A stretch of DNA of 64,000 nt. Origin: a bacterium (GTDB lineage Bacteria > Actinomycetota > Acidimicrobiia > Spongiisociales > UBA5794). A program made the translations under genes and the position numbers. Location: contig JAAETI010000304.1 in assembly GCA_024228555.1 (NCBI GenBank), positions 6,229-70,228 on the forward strand. Direction: 5' to 3'. Within the stretch, counting starts at the first letter, position 1; each line of letters begins with the position of its first letter. Positions 11,439 to 20,174 of this stretch are shown here, one piece after another. The notes beneath the pieces were generated by a model, which saw nothing but the letters and a program-made list of their open reading frames with translations, ran no database searches and had not been told where the DNA came from.

Positions 11439-12713
11439 TTAGCTCTTATCGCGAGGTGGCTGGTCGTACCATCGGTTCAGAGCCGGAGCGTAGCCTGCAA
11501 ATCGAACTGCGCTTCCTGCGGCCCAACTCAGCGGCCGGGCAAATGCACCTGTCACGCCGGCAGTCGCGGCGGCGGCAAGTTGGAATGGTGCCGACAGCAA
11601 GCTGATCAATGCGATCTGGTTTGTCCGTCCTGCCGCCGTCATCTCCTGGATTACCAGCGTGATGAGGCCCATCAAAAGGTTGGCCCCGATCGAGGCTGCG
11701 ACAAGCCACGAAACCTCGTAGGCACCGGGGACGAGGCGCAGCATCGGGTTCCCCGCCCAGTCTGTACCAACCAGCGCGAGATACGCCACCGCAGCCGCAG
11801 TGACCAGCAGGGCGAACTGGAAACGAATCCGGCGAGCCGCGGCTCTATCGACCCGGATCGCGGCTTTCATGACCCGCGGGCCAAGCACATAACTGAGTCC
11901 GGTACCGAGTACCAGGAGGGGGTGAGCAACGACACGGGCCGACTCCGCATAGCCCAGCACCTCGGTTCCAGCGATGTAGCCGATGATGGTGGCTGCTCCG
12001 AATTTCGTCACCGCCGGTATCCCGACCCCAGCGAGTAGGCCCGACCCAGACCGAACGAGGTCGCGCAGCAGAAGTGGCTCAACTGGTTCATCCGGGCGCC
12101 GCCACGGTGTTGCCAGCGCGATCCCGGTCAGCAGCGAGGACGCGTTGGCAACGGCAAGAGCACCGAACGGGATCCAAATGCCAGGCACGTCACTCAGATT
12201 GAGAACGGCGATGGCGCCCACCGTTGCCACCAGCTGCGCCGACGACACCGCAACCGATGCCCACGATCGCTGTGCAATGTGGAGCAGCCGGCGAACGTGA
12301 TCCTGGCTCGGCCACAAGAATGTGGTTAGGGCACCGGTGATCGCAAGCGGGGTGATGACCTCGGCTGTGGAGATAGGTGCGGTGGCCAGGGCTGCAAATG
12401 CTATCGCCAGGACTCCCGCAAGAGACGGCCCCACGCCAAGCCGGAGGGTTTGGGAGAGAGCCCGGAGCCGTATGCGTTGCGGCCAGGACACCGTCACAAC
12501 TTCGGCGGGGACAAAGACGAGGTTGCTTGCCAGCACCTGTCCAAGGGTGAACGCGGTGAAGAAGACCGCATATACCCCAATCTCCGATGCCTCGAGCACG
12601 TTGACCGCAACGAGGCCCGCCACAAACGTGGCGAGTGACGAAAGGCCGGCATCCACGACACCGGCCGACAACTGCAGAGATCGGCTAGGTCTCTGGGCTT
12701 GCTGCTGGCTCAT
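11439..12713 (-). CDS. Wzx/MOP-like polysaccharide flippase (paralog 1)
   Basis: About 12 hydrophobic segments, N-terminal VVDAGLSSLATF...GVYAVFFT; located in polysaccharide locus; clear paralog at 23812-25101. Confidence 0.7.
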   Translation of the reverse strand: MSQQQAQRPSRSLQLSAGVVDAGLSSLATFVAGLVAVNVLEASEIGVYAVFFTAFTLGQVLASNLVFVPAEVVTVSWPQRIRLRALSQTLRLGVGPSLAGVLAIAFAALATAPISTAEVITPLAITGALTTFLWPSQDHVRRLLHIAQRSWASVAVSSAQLVATVGAIAVLNLSDVPGIWIPFGALAVANASSLLTGIALATPWRRPDEPVEPLLLRDLVRSGSGLLAGVGIPAVTKFGAATIIGYIAGTEVLGYAESARVVAHPLLVLGTGLSYVLGPRVMKAAIRVDRAAARRIRFQFALLVTAAAVAYLALVGTDWAGNPMLRLVPGAYEVSWLVAASIGANLLMGLITLVIQEMTAAGRTNQIALISLLSAPFQLAAAATAGVTGAFARPLSWAAGSAVRFAGYAPALNRWYDQPPRDKS

Positions 12714-14206
12714 GGCCGAACAGCCGCCGCACCGATGTTGGCCTCGCGGTCCTGGTCGATGTGGAGTTCGCCGCGGCGCGCCAAGACGGTCAACGCAGCA
12801 CCTGCCCCGTAGAATGTCCAGAGCCAGATCGACACCTGCGGACCCTCGAGAGTTGGATCAAAGATGGCGTTGACGAGGATCGGCACCGGACTCAACATGA
12901 TCCAGCTGGCGATAGCCGTTTCACGGAAATGGCGGCGGGCTCGCAAGCGACGCCGGGTTATCTGCATCCCGGCGAACCACGAGAACCAGACAACGACCCA
13001 AAGCATCACGCCTACCCACCCCTGCCGCGCCAGTATGCCGACATGTGAGTTGTGGGGGTTGCGCAGCGGAGTAGTCGGGTCGGTGCTGATGTCATATCTC
13101 TCGCCCAGATCGGGCCCCGGCCCGAACCCGGCAATCGGTGTTTCCTCAGTGACATCTGAAAGCACTTCGCTCCAGATCCTCAGCCGCCACTCGGTCGTGT
13201 CCTGCTCGCGTGACGTACCCGCCTCACGATCGAAGATGCTCGTCACGTTGCCCACGAACTGCTCAACTGAGACGTCGCGCTGATCAAAGACTTCAAGCCG
13301 AATGTCGAACGTGATTGCCAATGACGCAAGGACGATTCCGACGCTGATCATGACGAAGGCAAGGTCACCACGACGTCGGCTCAGCATGAACATCAACAGC
13401 AGCAACGCAACGGTGGTGGCGACGAGGCCGCCGCGATTCTGCAGACCAGTGAAGAGGATCACGATGGTGCCGAGGCTGGTGAGAGCGATGCGCTGGCGGA
13501 GCGCAAAAAGGTGATTGTCGGCATCAACGAGCCACAGCCAGGCGATCCCAATCGCGGCGATCACCGACATGTTCCCCGTACGATGCGCCAGAACGGCGAC
13601 ATTCGAGTCGGGAACGCTGACGAGGAGGGCCGGGATCGTCTTGAGGACAATCGAAAACGGGTACCAGATCAGCATGAAGGGGAGGGCTCGGCCGAAAAGC
13701 GTCGACCAGCGATCGAGTCGCCGTGGATCCCACGCGATGAGCGAGGCGACGAGGAAGGCGGTCAGTCCGTAGTACCAGAGGGCGGAATCTCGGATGGCAT
13801 CAAGCCCCCACGCCGGTGCCCCGAGGACCAGCAAGATGGCACCCCACAGCATGTAGAGCCGCAGCGTCTTGAAGGAGTGGCCACCCCGAACGAGCGGACT
13901 GACTCGGTTGGCGGAGGTGAGCATCATCGCAACGCCGATGGCGAGGACCAACTCACCCACGAACAACGGTGTTCCGGGGACATGGAACCACGCAAAGCCC
14001 CGATCGAGCATTGCGTACCCAAAGAGGGCGGCCAGCAGTGCGGTTTCGAACCAGCCCACGATGTTGGGTTCAGTCAGCTCGTCCTCGTGCGGAGCGGCGA
14101 TCAGCGAGATCCCGCCTGTGATCCGGAAACGTGTGGACACCTGGCCTCGGGTTCCCAGAGTTAGCGCCAACAGGAAGGCCAGCGCGGTAGCGCCCCCGAC
14201 CACCAA
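12710..14206 (-). CDS. O-antigen ligase/Wzy-like polymerase
   Basis: Multi-TM protein; NRGG, WRLRIW, GFGPG, PHNSHVGILARQGWVG typical of the Wzy_C domain. Confidence 0.85.
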   Translation of the reverse strand: MVVGGATALAFLLALTLGTRGQVSTRFRITGGISLIAAPHEDELTEPNIVGWFETALLAALFGYAMLDRGFAWFHVPGTPLFVGELVLAIGVAMMLTSANRVSPLVRGGHSFKTLRLYMLWGAILLVLGAPAWGLDAIRDSALWYYGLTAFLVASLIAWDPRRLDRWSTLFGRALPFMLIWYPFSIVLKTIPALLVSVPDSNVAVLAHRTGNMSVIAAIGIAWLWLVDADNHLFALRQRIALTSLGTIVILFTGLQNRGGLVATTVALLLLMFMLSRRRGDLAFVMISVGIVLASLAITFDIRLEVFDQRDVSVEQFVGNVTSIFDREAGTSREQDTTEWRLRIWSEVLSDVTEETPIAGFGPGPDLGERYDISTDPTTPLRNPHNSHVGILARQGWVGVMLWVVVWFSWFAGMQITRRRLRARRHFRETAIASWIMLSPVPILVNAIFDPTLEGPQVSIWLWTFYGAGAALTVLARRGELHIDQDREANIGAAAVRP

Positions 14207-14326
14207 TGTGGTCGTGTTCGCCGCAACGAGAACTAGCGAGTCGCCTGTGATTATGTGTCCCTTCCTGTCGGTTGGAGATTAAGGCCTGCTGGGCTCGCAG
14301 GAGCCCGCTTGTGACTGTGTATTGGT

Positions 14327-16126
14327 CTAGCCAGCGGCATCTGTCGAGGAAAGGGCCGGATCTTGGTCTACGGGTTGCTGTGCCATCCGGATCATTTCGC
14401 GGCGCAGCGGTGCTCGGTTGTAGACATAGCCAATCGTCGGCGTGCCAACGGTGCGGAGCCGCTCCCGGAGCTCTGCAGCGTTGGGGGCGCTCCCGCCATG
14501 ACCGACGACCACGAGTGTTGTATCGGCCAAGCGCAGGATGGTTCCGCTGTAGGCAACCCGCAGCAGCGGCGGGGTGTCGATGAGTACTAGGTCATAGTCG
14601 AGACGGAGCCGATCCATGATGGCGGACGCCCGTTCCGATGCGAAGAAGTCGGCAGACTCGGTCATCGCGATCCCGCGGCTGAAGAGAGTGAGCGTTCCGA
14701 TCCCGCTGACGGCGATTTGGTGGCCCGCGGCATCGGTGTCGGCACCGTCGGGGGCGACGTCGGTCAGTCCAAAACGGGGTTCATCGGTGACCAGCATGCC
14801 GGTGAGGGATTGACCGACGAAGTCAGCGTCGATGAGTGCGACCCGGTTGCCGGCTTGGGCGGCCGCAAGCGCGGTATTGGCGGTGACGGTCGTGCTGCCT
14901 TCGAGGTGGGCTGCGGCAACGATGGCGACAGACGTCGACTGTGCTGGAAGCCCGTCGCTGTTACTGCCCTGCGGTCGGCCGGCGAGACCCGATGCCACGA
15001 ATCGGAATGATTCTGCAGCGACTGAGGAAGACGCCTCGACGGTGGGGAGTTCGGTACGCAGCCTCTCCTCCGCGAACAGCGGGATATCGGCAATCAGATT
15101 GGTTCCCAAAACGACTTGCGGTTCGGTGCGGTCACCGAAGTGGCGGCGGCCACTAGCGAGGTAGAACGCCAGTGCTCCACCGAGCATGGCACCGAAGATT
15201 GCCCCTGCAACTGCGAGGACCGCGACCGATGATGGGGCGGCCGTCCGCGCCTCGACAACAAACGTTATCCCACTGCCCGCGACTTCTGCGTCAACCATGA
15301 GTTCGTCGCGGCGAAGTTGCAGCGCAGCCAGCCGGGTCAGCAGATCCGACTGCTGGCGCACTATTGCGTCGTCAACCGTCGGGGTGCCAACCTCATCCAA
15401 TGCAGCCTGCATTGTGTTGATCAGTGATTCGAGCTCGGCGAAGCGGTCGGAGAACTGCCCAAGGGCCAGATTGTCGTCGGCAGCTGGAGGGACATCGAGT
15501 GCCAGCAGCTCACCGACGGCGTTGTCGATAGCTGTTTCGAGGCTTGTGGCACTCGCCGAGAGCTCGGCCTCCTCCGCAAGCTGTCTCGCCAGACCGGTGA
15601 GTTCGGTCTCGAATTCCGCGATCGCCGCGTTGAGCTCGTTGATCGCCGAGGCGCGCGTATTGGCCGCGGCTTCGCGACTGACCTCGCGGTATGCGTCGAT
15701 CACGGCATTGACTGTGGCGATTGCGGTGTCTGGGTCGACGTGGGAAAAGCTAATGGTGATGACGTCGGTCGAAGACGCGGACTGGACGGCGAGGCCCAGC
15801 TCGATCCACAACGCAGACACAGCACGCGGTGGCTCGGCTGCTGCGAGGTTGCGCTCTGCCGTCTCGGCGACAGCGTGCGAGCTAATGATCGCCCACTGGT
15901 TCGACACATGTCGGCGTGGATCGAGTTCTGCGTTGGCGGCGAAGACCGCAGACGAGCGCGGGTCCTGGACAGTGACCGATGCAGTTGCAGTCCATGTCTG
16001 GCTGTCGCTGGCGTAGTACCACCCTGCGATCCCAAACAAGATGGCAAAGAGCAACACGATGAACCGATACCGCCAAGCCGCACCCAAAAGGGTCGGCTGG
16101 AACGGGGTGGATTTGCGGTCGGTCAT
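14327..16126 (-). CDS. Wzz/Wzc-like polysaccharide copolymerase with degenerate kinase domain
   Basis: TM-coiled coil-TM, AESFR, Walker A EGSTT (Lys lost), LIDAD, LVLIDTPP; ATG at 16126 aligns with paralog N-terminus FQPT..GAAWRYR. Confidence 0.85.
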   Translation of the reverse strand: MTDRKSTPFQPTLLGAAWRYRFIVLLFAILFGIAGWYYASDSQTWTATASVTVQDPRSSAVFAANAELDPRRHVSNQWAIISSHAVAETAERNLAAAEPPRAVSALWIELGLAVQSASSTDVITISFSHVDPDTAIATVNAVIDAYREVSREAAANTRASAINELNAAIAEFETELTGLARQLAEEAELSASATSLETAIDNAVGELLALDVPPAADDNLALGQFSDRFAELESLINTMQAALDEVGTPTVDDAIVRQQSDLLTRLAALQLRRDELMVDAEVAGSGITFVVEARTAAPSSVAVLAVAGAIFGAMLGGALAFYLASGRRHFGDRTEPQVVLGTNLIADIPLFAEERLRTELPTVEASSSVAAESFRFVASGLAGRPQGSNSDGLPAQSTSVAIVAAAHLEGSTTVTANTALAAAQAGNRVALIDADFVGQSLTGMLVTDEPRFGLTDVAPDGADTDAAGHQIAVSGIGTLTLFSRGIAMTESADFFASERASAIMDRLRLDYDLVLIDTPPLLRVAYSGTILRLADTTLVVVGHGGSAPNAAELRERLRTVGTPTIGYVYNRAPLRREMIRMAQQPVDQDPALSSTDAAG

Positions 16127-16494
16127 GACACTCCGGCGTCTGGAATAGGCGGGACGAAAATCGAGCGTACTACAACCTGGAAACAGCTCACCTGAGGGTA
16201 CGAGGGACAGGTCATTGGTTCGTTGGCTCGGTGTCGATCTGTGACGCCTGACTGATGATGGGGGCAGATAGACCGATCTGGGTAGGGGGCTGACCTGTGG
16301 TGCGTGTCCAGGTCTTGTGGGGCTTGCCGCGCTCCAACCATCCCATATACTGCGAACGCATTCACAGAGAACCCAAGGGGGCAGAGTTTCGTGGTGGGAA
16401 CACATTCATCAATGTCACCGGCTGCAATCCGCCCGCGTGGCGGATCAGTAGTCAAGACGGGGGCCAGCCCGTCACAATTGAGAGGTAGGAAGCA

Positions 16495-17514
16495 ATGAAG
16501 ATTGCGATCTTTGGTGTAGGCGGATTCATAGGTTCGAATCTCGTTGAGCACCTTGTCGAAGAAGGTGTCCATGAAGTCGTCGGTATGGACGTCACGAATA
16601 GCAAGCTCGCCGGTATCGAGGGCGCCAACTTCAAGTACATCGAAGGCAACGTCGGCTCGGACGTGACAACGGCCGAAGAGCTGACCGAGTGGGCTGATGC
16701 CGTGGTGGACTTGATTGCCTACGCCAACCCGAGCATCTATGTCGAGGCACCTCTCGATGTCGTGCAGCTCAACTTCTTCGAGAACATGAAGATTCTCGAT
16801 TACTGCCTCAAGTACCAGACCCGCCTCATCCAGTACTCAACGTCTGAGGTATATGGGAAGCGGACTCGGGACGAGGAGTATGTCGAGGACAGTTCTGATT
16901 TGGTCATGGGTCCGGTCACCAAGCAGCGTTGGATCTATGCGGCGTCCAAGCAACTGCTCGAGCGCATCATCCACGGGCACGGTCTGCGTGGCGACCTCGA
17001 CTACTCGGTAATCCGTCCGTTCAACTTTGTTGGGCCACGGTTTGACTACCTCGTGCCTGCGGGCGCCAAGGGTGGACCGCGTGTCTTCTCGCACTTTGTT
17101 TCGGCCCTGATCACGGGCGGACCTATCCATCTTGTCGATGGTGGCGGCCAGCATCGTTGCTTCACCCACATCAAGGATGCGTCAGAGGCTTTCTCCACCA
17201 TCCTCGAGCACCCGGCTGCGCATAACCAGATCTTCAACATCGGCAACCCCGACACGAACATCACGATGCGTGGGTTGGCTGAGATGATGGGCGGGATCTA
17301 TACCGAGCTCACCGGGAAGGCGCCTAGCAACGAGATCATCGAGATCTCGGGTGAGGATTTCTACGGCAAGGGCTACGAGGACATGGATCGGGTACCGCCG
17401 AATGTCGACAAGCTGAGGGCACTCGGTTGGACACCAAAGCGTGACCTAGACAACATCTTCCGCGAGGCGATCGCGTTCTACCTAGAACCCGAGCGCCACG
17501 CCTCGATTGTGTAG
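16495..17514 (+). CDS. UDP-glucuronate decarboxylase-type SDR (ArnA C-terminal / UDP-apiose-xylose synthase-like)
   Basis: GVGGFIG, STSEVYG, QRWIYAASK, RPFNFVGPR, LVDGG, FNIGNP, FYGKGYED; SD gaggtagga. Confidence 0.85.
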   Translation: MKIAIFGVGGFIGSNLVEHLVEEGVHEVVGMDVTNSKLAGIEGANFKYIEGNVGSDVTTAEELTEWADAVVDLIAYANPSIYVEAPLDVVQLNFFENMKILDYCLKYQTRLIQYSTSEVYGKRTRDEEYVEDSSDLVMGPVTKQRWIYAASKQLLERIIHGHGLRGDLDYSVIRPFNFVGPRFDYLVPAGAKGGPRVFSHFVSALITGGPIHLVDGGGQHRCFTHIKDASEAFSTILEHPAAHNQIFNIGNPDTNITMRGLAEMMGGIYTELTGKAPSNEIIEISGEDFYGKGYEDMDRVPPNVDKLRALGWTPKRDLDNIFREAIAFYLEPERHASIV

Positions 17515-17636
17515 GAAGGGTGTTGGACAAATGCCGTGCAGACTCGTCTATTCCGACAACGATTCGGGTGCGCAAGGCCCGACGAGTCGAAGCTGGCATT
17601 GTTCGACACGCTCCTAAAAGGGTGTTCACACCCAAC

Positions 17637-20012
17637 ATGAGTAGCAATTGGTGGCGAGCCTGCAGTAGTGGGCTCGCCGTCGTTGCGCTGTTGGCGATGG
17701 CGCCGGCGGCGGGGGCGACCGAGGTTCCCGATGGCGACATCATGATCATCGCCGCACACCCCGACGACGACATCATCACCGCGGCGGGCATCATCAGCGA
17801 TGCCACCGACAACGGTCAAACGGTCACCATTGCCTATATGACCAATGGCGATCGGTGCGCAACTCCCAGCCAGACACCGGCGAACTGCTCAGCGGTGGAC
17901 CCGGACATCGGGGACGTGAGGCAAGACGAGAGCGTCGACGCGCTCACCGAGGTGCTCGGCAGCGATTTCGTCGAAGACAACATGATCTTTCTTGGTTACC
18001 CGGGCGGCTTTCTTCCATATCTGCGCAACGGCACACCGCTTCCCGGCGACCTTGCGCACATCGCCACCTATGCCGACCAGGGCCTGAACAACACCGACTG
18101 GCACGACACCTGGAAGGGTGCGGGCTCTCAGCATGCTCTTTACACGGCAGGGGCCATATCCGAAGATCTCTACGAATTGCTCCTTGAGTATCGGCCCGAC
18201 CACATCTTCACTCACTCGGAGTTTGATAGGCATAGCGACCATCTCTCGACGTACCGCGAGGTGATGGAGGCGATTGATGAAGTGCAGGACACTGTCCCGT
18301 CGTACGACCCATACGTTCACACGACCATCGTTCATGTAGCAGAACCGGCAATACCACTGTCGTGGCCCGCTTCAGCCGATCCGACTGCATGGCATGTTCC
18401 CGTTCCATTCCTCGACCACGATGATGTCAGTGATGGGGAACTGCTTTGGGCCAGTCGGGAGAGTTTCGAGGTACCGGCCCCGATGCAGAGCACCAATCTG
18501 TCACAGAATCCAAAACGAGAGGCTATCGAAGCCCACGCAACACAAGCTCCGGACGAGGGTGGCTTCATCCGGAAGTTCCTTCACCGTGATGAGGTGTTCT
18601 GGATTGAGCGTCTTGGTGACCCGGAGGGAATCGCAGACGCCTACACGGTCGCCGAGGGCGGCGACATTGATCAGACGGATACCGGGCCTACCGGGGTCTT
18701 GGCCAACGATGTCCGCGGAGTATTGCTGGGACCGTCCACTCTGGGTCCGATGACAGCGTCGGCCGTGATTAGTGGTGTCGACCACGGCACCTTGTATCTC
18801 GACTCGGAAGGGTGGTTCACCTACACCCATGACGGATCCAACACCTCGTCTGATTCCTTCACTTATCGACCCAAGCAGGGTTCGTCGAACGGGACGGTTG
18901 CGACTGTGACCATCACAGTCATTCCAGACGATGAGGTTCCAACCGCCGACGACGACGGGCCCTACGACGTTTCTCACGGTGGCAGCCTTACGATATCGGC
19001 GCCCGGCGTCCTCGACGGGGACGTTGATCCTGAAGCGGGTGAGCTCACCGCGGCGGTCGAGGCGAACCCCATCCACGGCACTTTGACGCTGAACGCCAAC
19101 GGCTCGTTCACGTATGTCCACAACGGGACTACCACGACCGCAGACAGTTTTACCTATCGCGCCGTCGATGGGGGCGGCAATCAATCCAACATCGCGACAG
19201 TGACTTTGGACATCGCTCCCGCTTCTGGTTTCAACGTGTCGATCGCCGGCAGCGCCACTGGGGCAGAGGGCACCCTCGCTTCGTTTACTGCCAACGTTTC
19301 TGGGGGCAGCGGCAGCTACACCTACGACTGGTCGATCAAGCTCGCCGGTGTCGAGGTCTTGCCGGGGAGCCTCTCCCAACTGACCTTCACCCCCGACGAA
19401 GGTGGCGTGTACACCGTTGAGCTGCTGGCAGGTGATGGCTCCAGCTTCGCGACTGACACATTCACTTTCACGGTGGTAGGTGACCTCGGCAGCAGTCCGT
19501 TCACCGGCGACATCATCTGGTTGGCGAACCGGGGTATCACTCGCGGCTGCAACGCCGATGGGACCGAGTTCTGTCCGACCGATACCGTGACCCGTGGCCA
19601 GATGGCGGCGTTCCTGGTCCGTGCCCTCGAGCTCACCGATGACGGTGGTGGCAACACTTTCACCGATGACGACGGTTCCATTTTTGAAGATGACATCGCC
19701 AAGCTTGCCGAGTCCGGTATTACCCGTGGCTGCAACGCTGCTGGCACCAAGTTCTGTCCGGAGCAACGGGTGACCCGTGGCCAGATGGCTGCGTTCTTGG
19801 TGCGGGCGTTTGCTCTCACTGATGACGGTGGCGGTAATTCGTTCACCGACGACGACGACTCGATCTTCCAGGACGACATCGCCAAGCTGGCCGCGGCTGG
19901 TATCACCCTTGGGTGCAATCCACCTGCGAACACCAAGTTCTGTCCCGATGGTTTGGTGACTCGGGGACAGATGGCCGCATTCCTGCTCAGGGCCGAGAGC
20001 TGGCTACCGTAG
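17637..20012 (+). CDS. Secreted PIG-L/LmbE-family deacetylase with Ig-like (cadherin-like/PKD) domains and three C-terminal SLH-like repeats
   Basis: Signal peptide, AHPDDD, TNGD, HSDH; GVLANDV/HGTLTLNANGSFTY repeats; three GITRGC..FCP..VTRGQMAAFL repeats. Confidence 0.85.
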   Translation: MSSNWWRACSSGLAVVALLAMAPAAGATEVPDGDIMIIAAHPDDDIITAAGIISDATDNGQTVTIAYMTNGDRCATPSQTPANCSAVDPDIGDVRQDESVDALTEVLGSDFVEDNMIFLGYPGGFLPYLRNGTPLPGDLAHIATYADQGLNNTDWHDTWKGAGSQHALYTAGAISEDLYELLLEYRPDHIFTHSEFDRHSDHLSTYREVMEAIDEVQDTVPSYDPYVHTTIVHVAEPAIPLSWPASADPTAWHVPVPFLDHDDVSDGELLWASRESFEVPAPMQSTNLSQNPKREAIEAHATQAPDEGGFIRKFLHRDEVFWIERLGDPEGIADAYTVAEGGDIDQTDTGPTGVLANDVRGVLLGPSTLGPMTASAVISGVDHGTLYLDSEGWFTYTHDGSNTSSDSFTYRPKQGSSNGTVATVTITVIPDDEVPTADDDGPYDVSHGGSLTISAPGVLDGDVDPEAGELTAAVEANPIHGTLTLNANGSFTYVHNGTTTTADSFTYRAVDGGGNQSNIATVTLDIAPASGFNVSIAGSATGAEGTLASFTANVSGGSGSYTYDWSIKLAGVEVLPGSLSQLTFTPDEGGVYTVELLAGDGSSFATDTFTFTVVGDLGSSPFTGDIIWLANRGITRGCNADGTEFCPTDTVTRGQMAAFLVRALELTDDGGGNTFTDDDGSIFEDDIAKLAESGITRGCNAAGTKFCPEQRVTRGQMAAFLVRAFALTDDGGGNSFTDDDDSIFQDDIAKLAAAGITLGCNPPANTKFCPDGLVTRGQMAAFLLRAESWLP

Positions 20013-20174
20013 GACCACTGCAACTAGCCGATTATGGGGGGTTGCCATAGCGGCCGCAGATAGTAGTGAGTGATACTCTCACAGTAGTTTCAGATATCCC
20101 GAAAGTCGTGCACGAAGCGCGGTTTTCATCGGTTTCGGCGGGGAACCTCGTCGCTCGATTGGAAGGTGACAATC

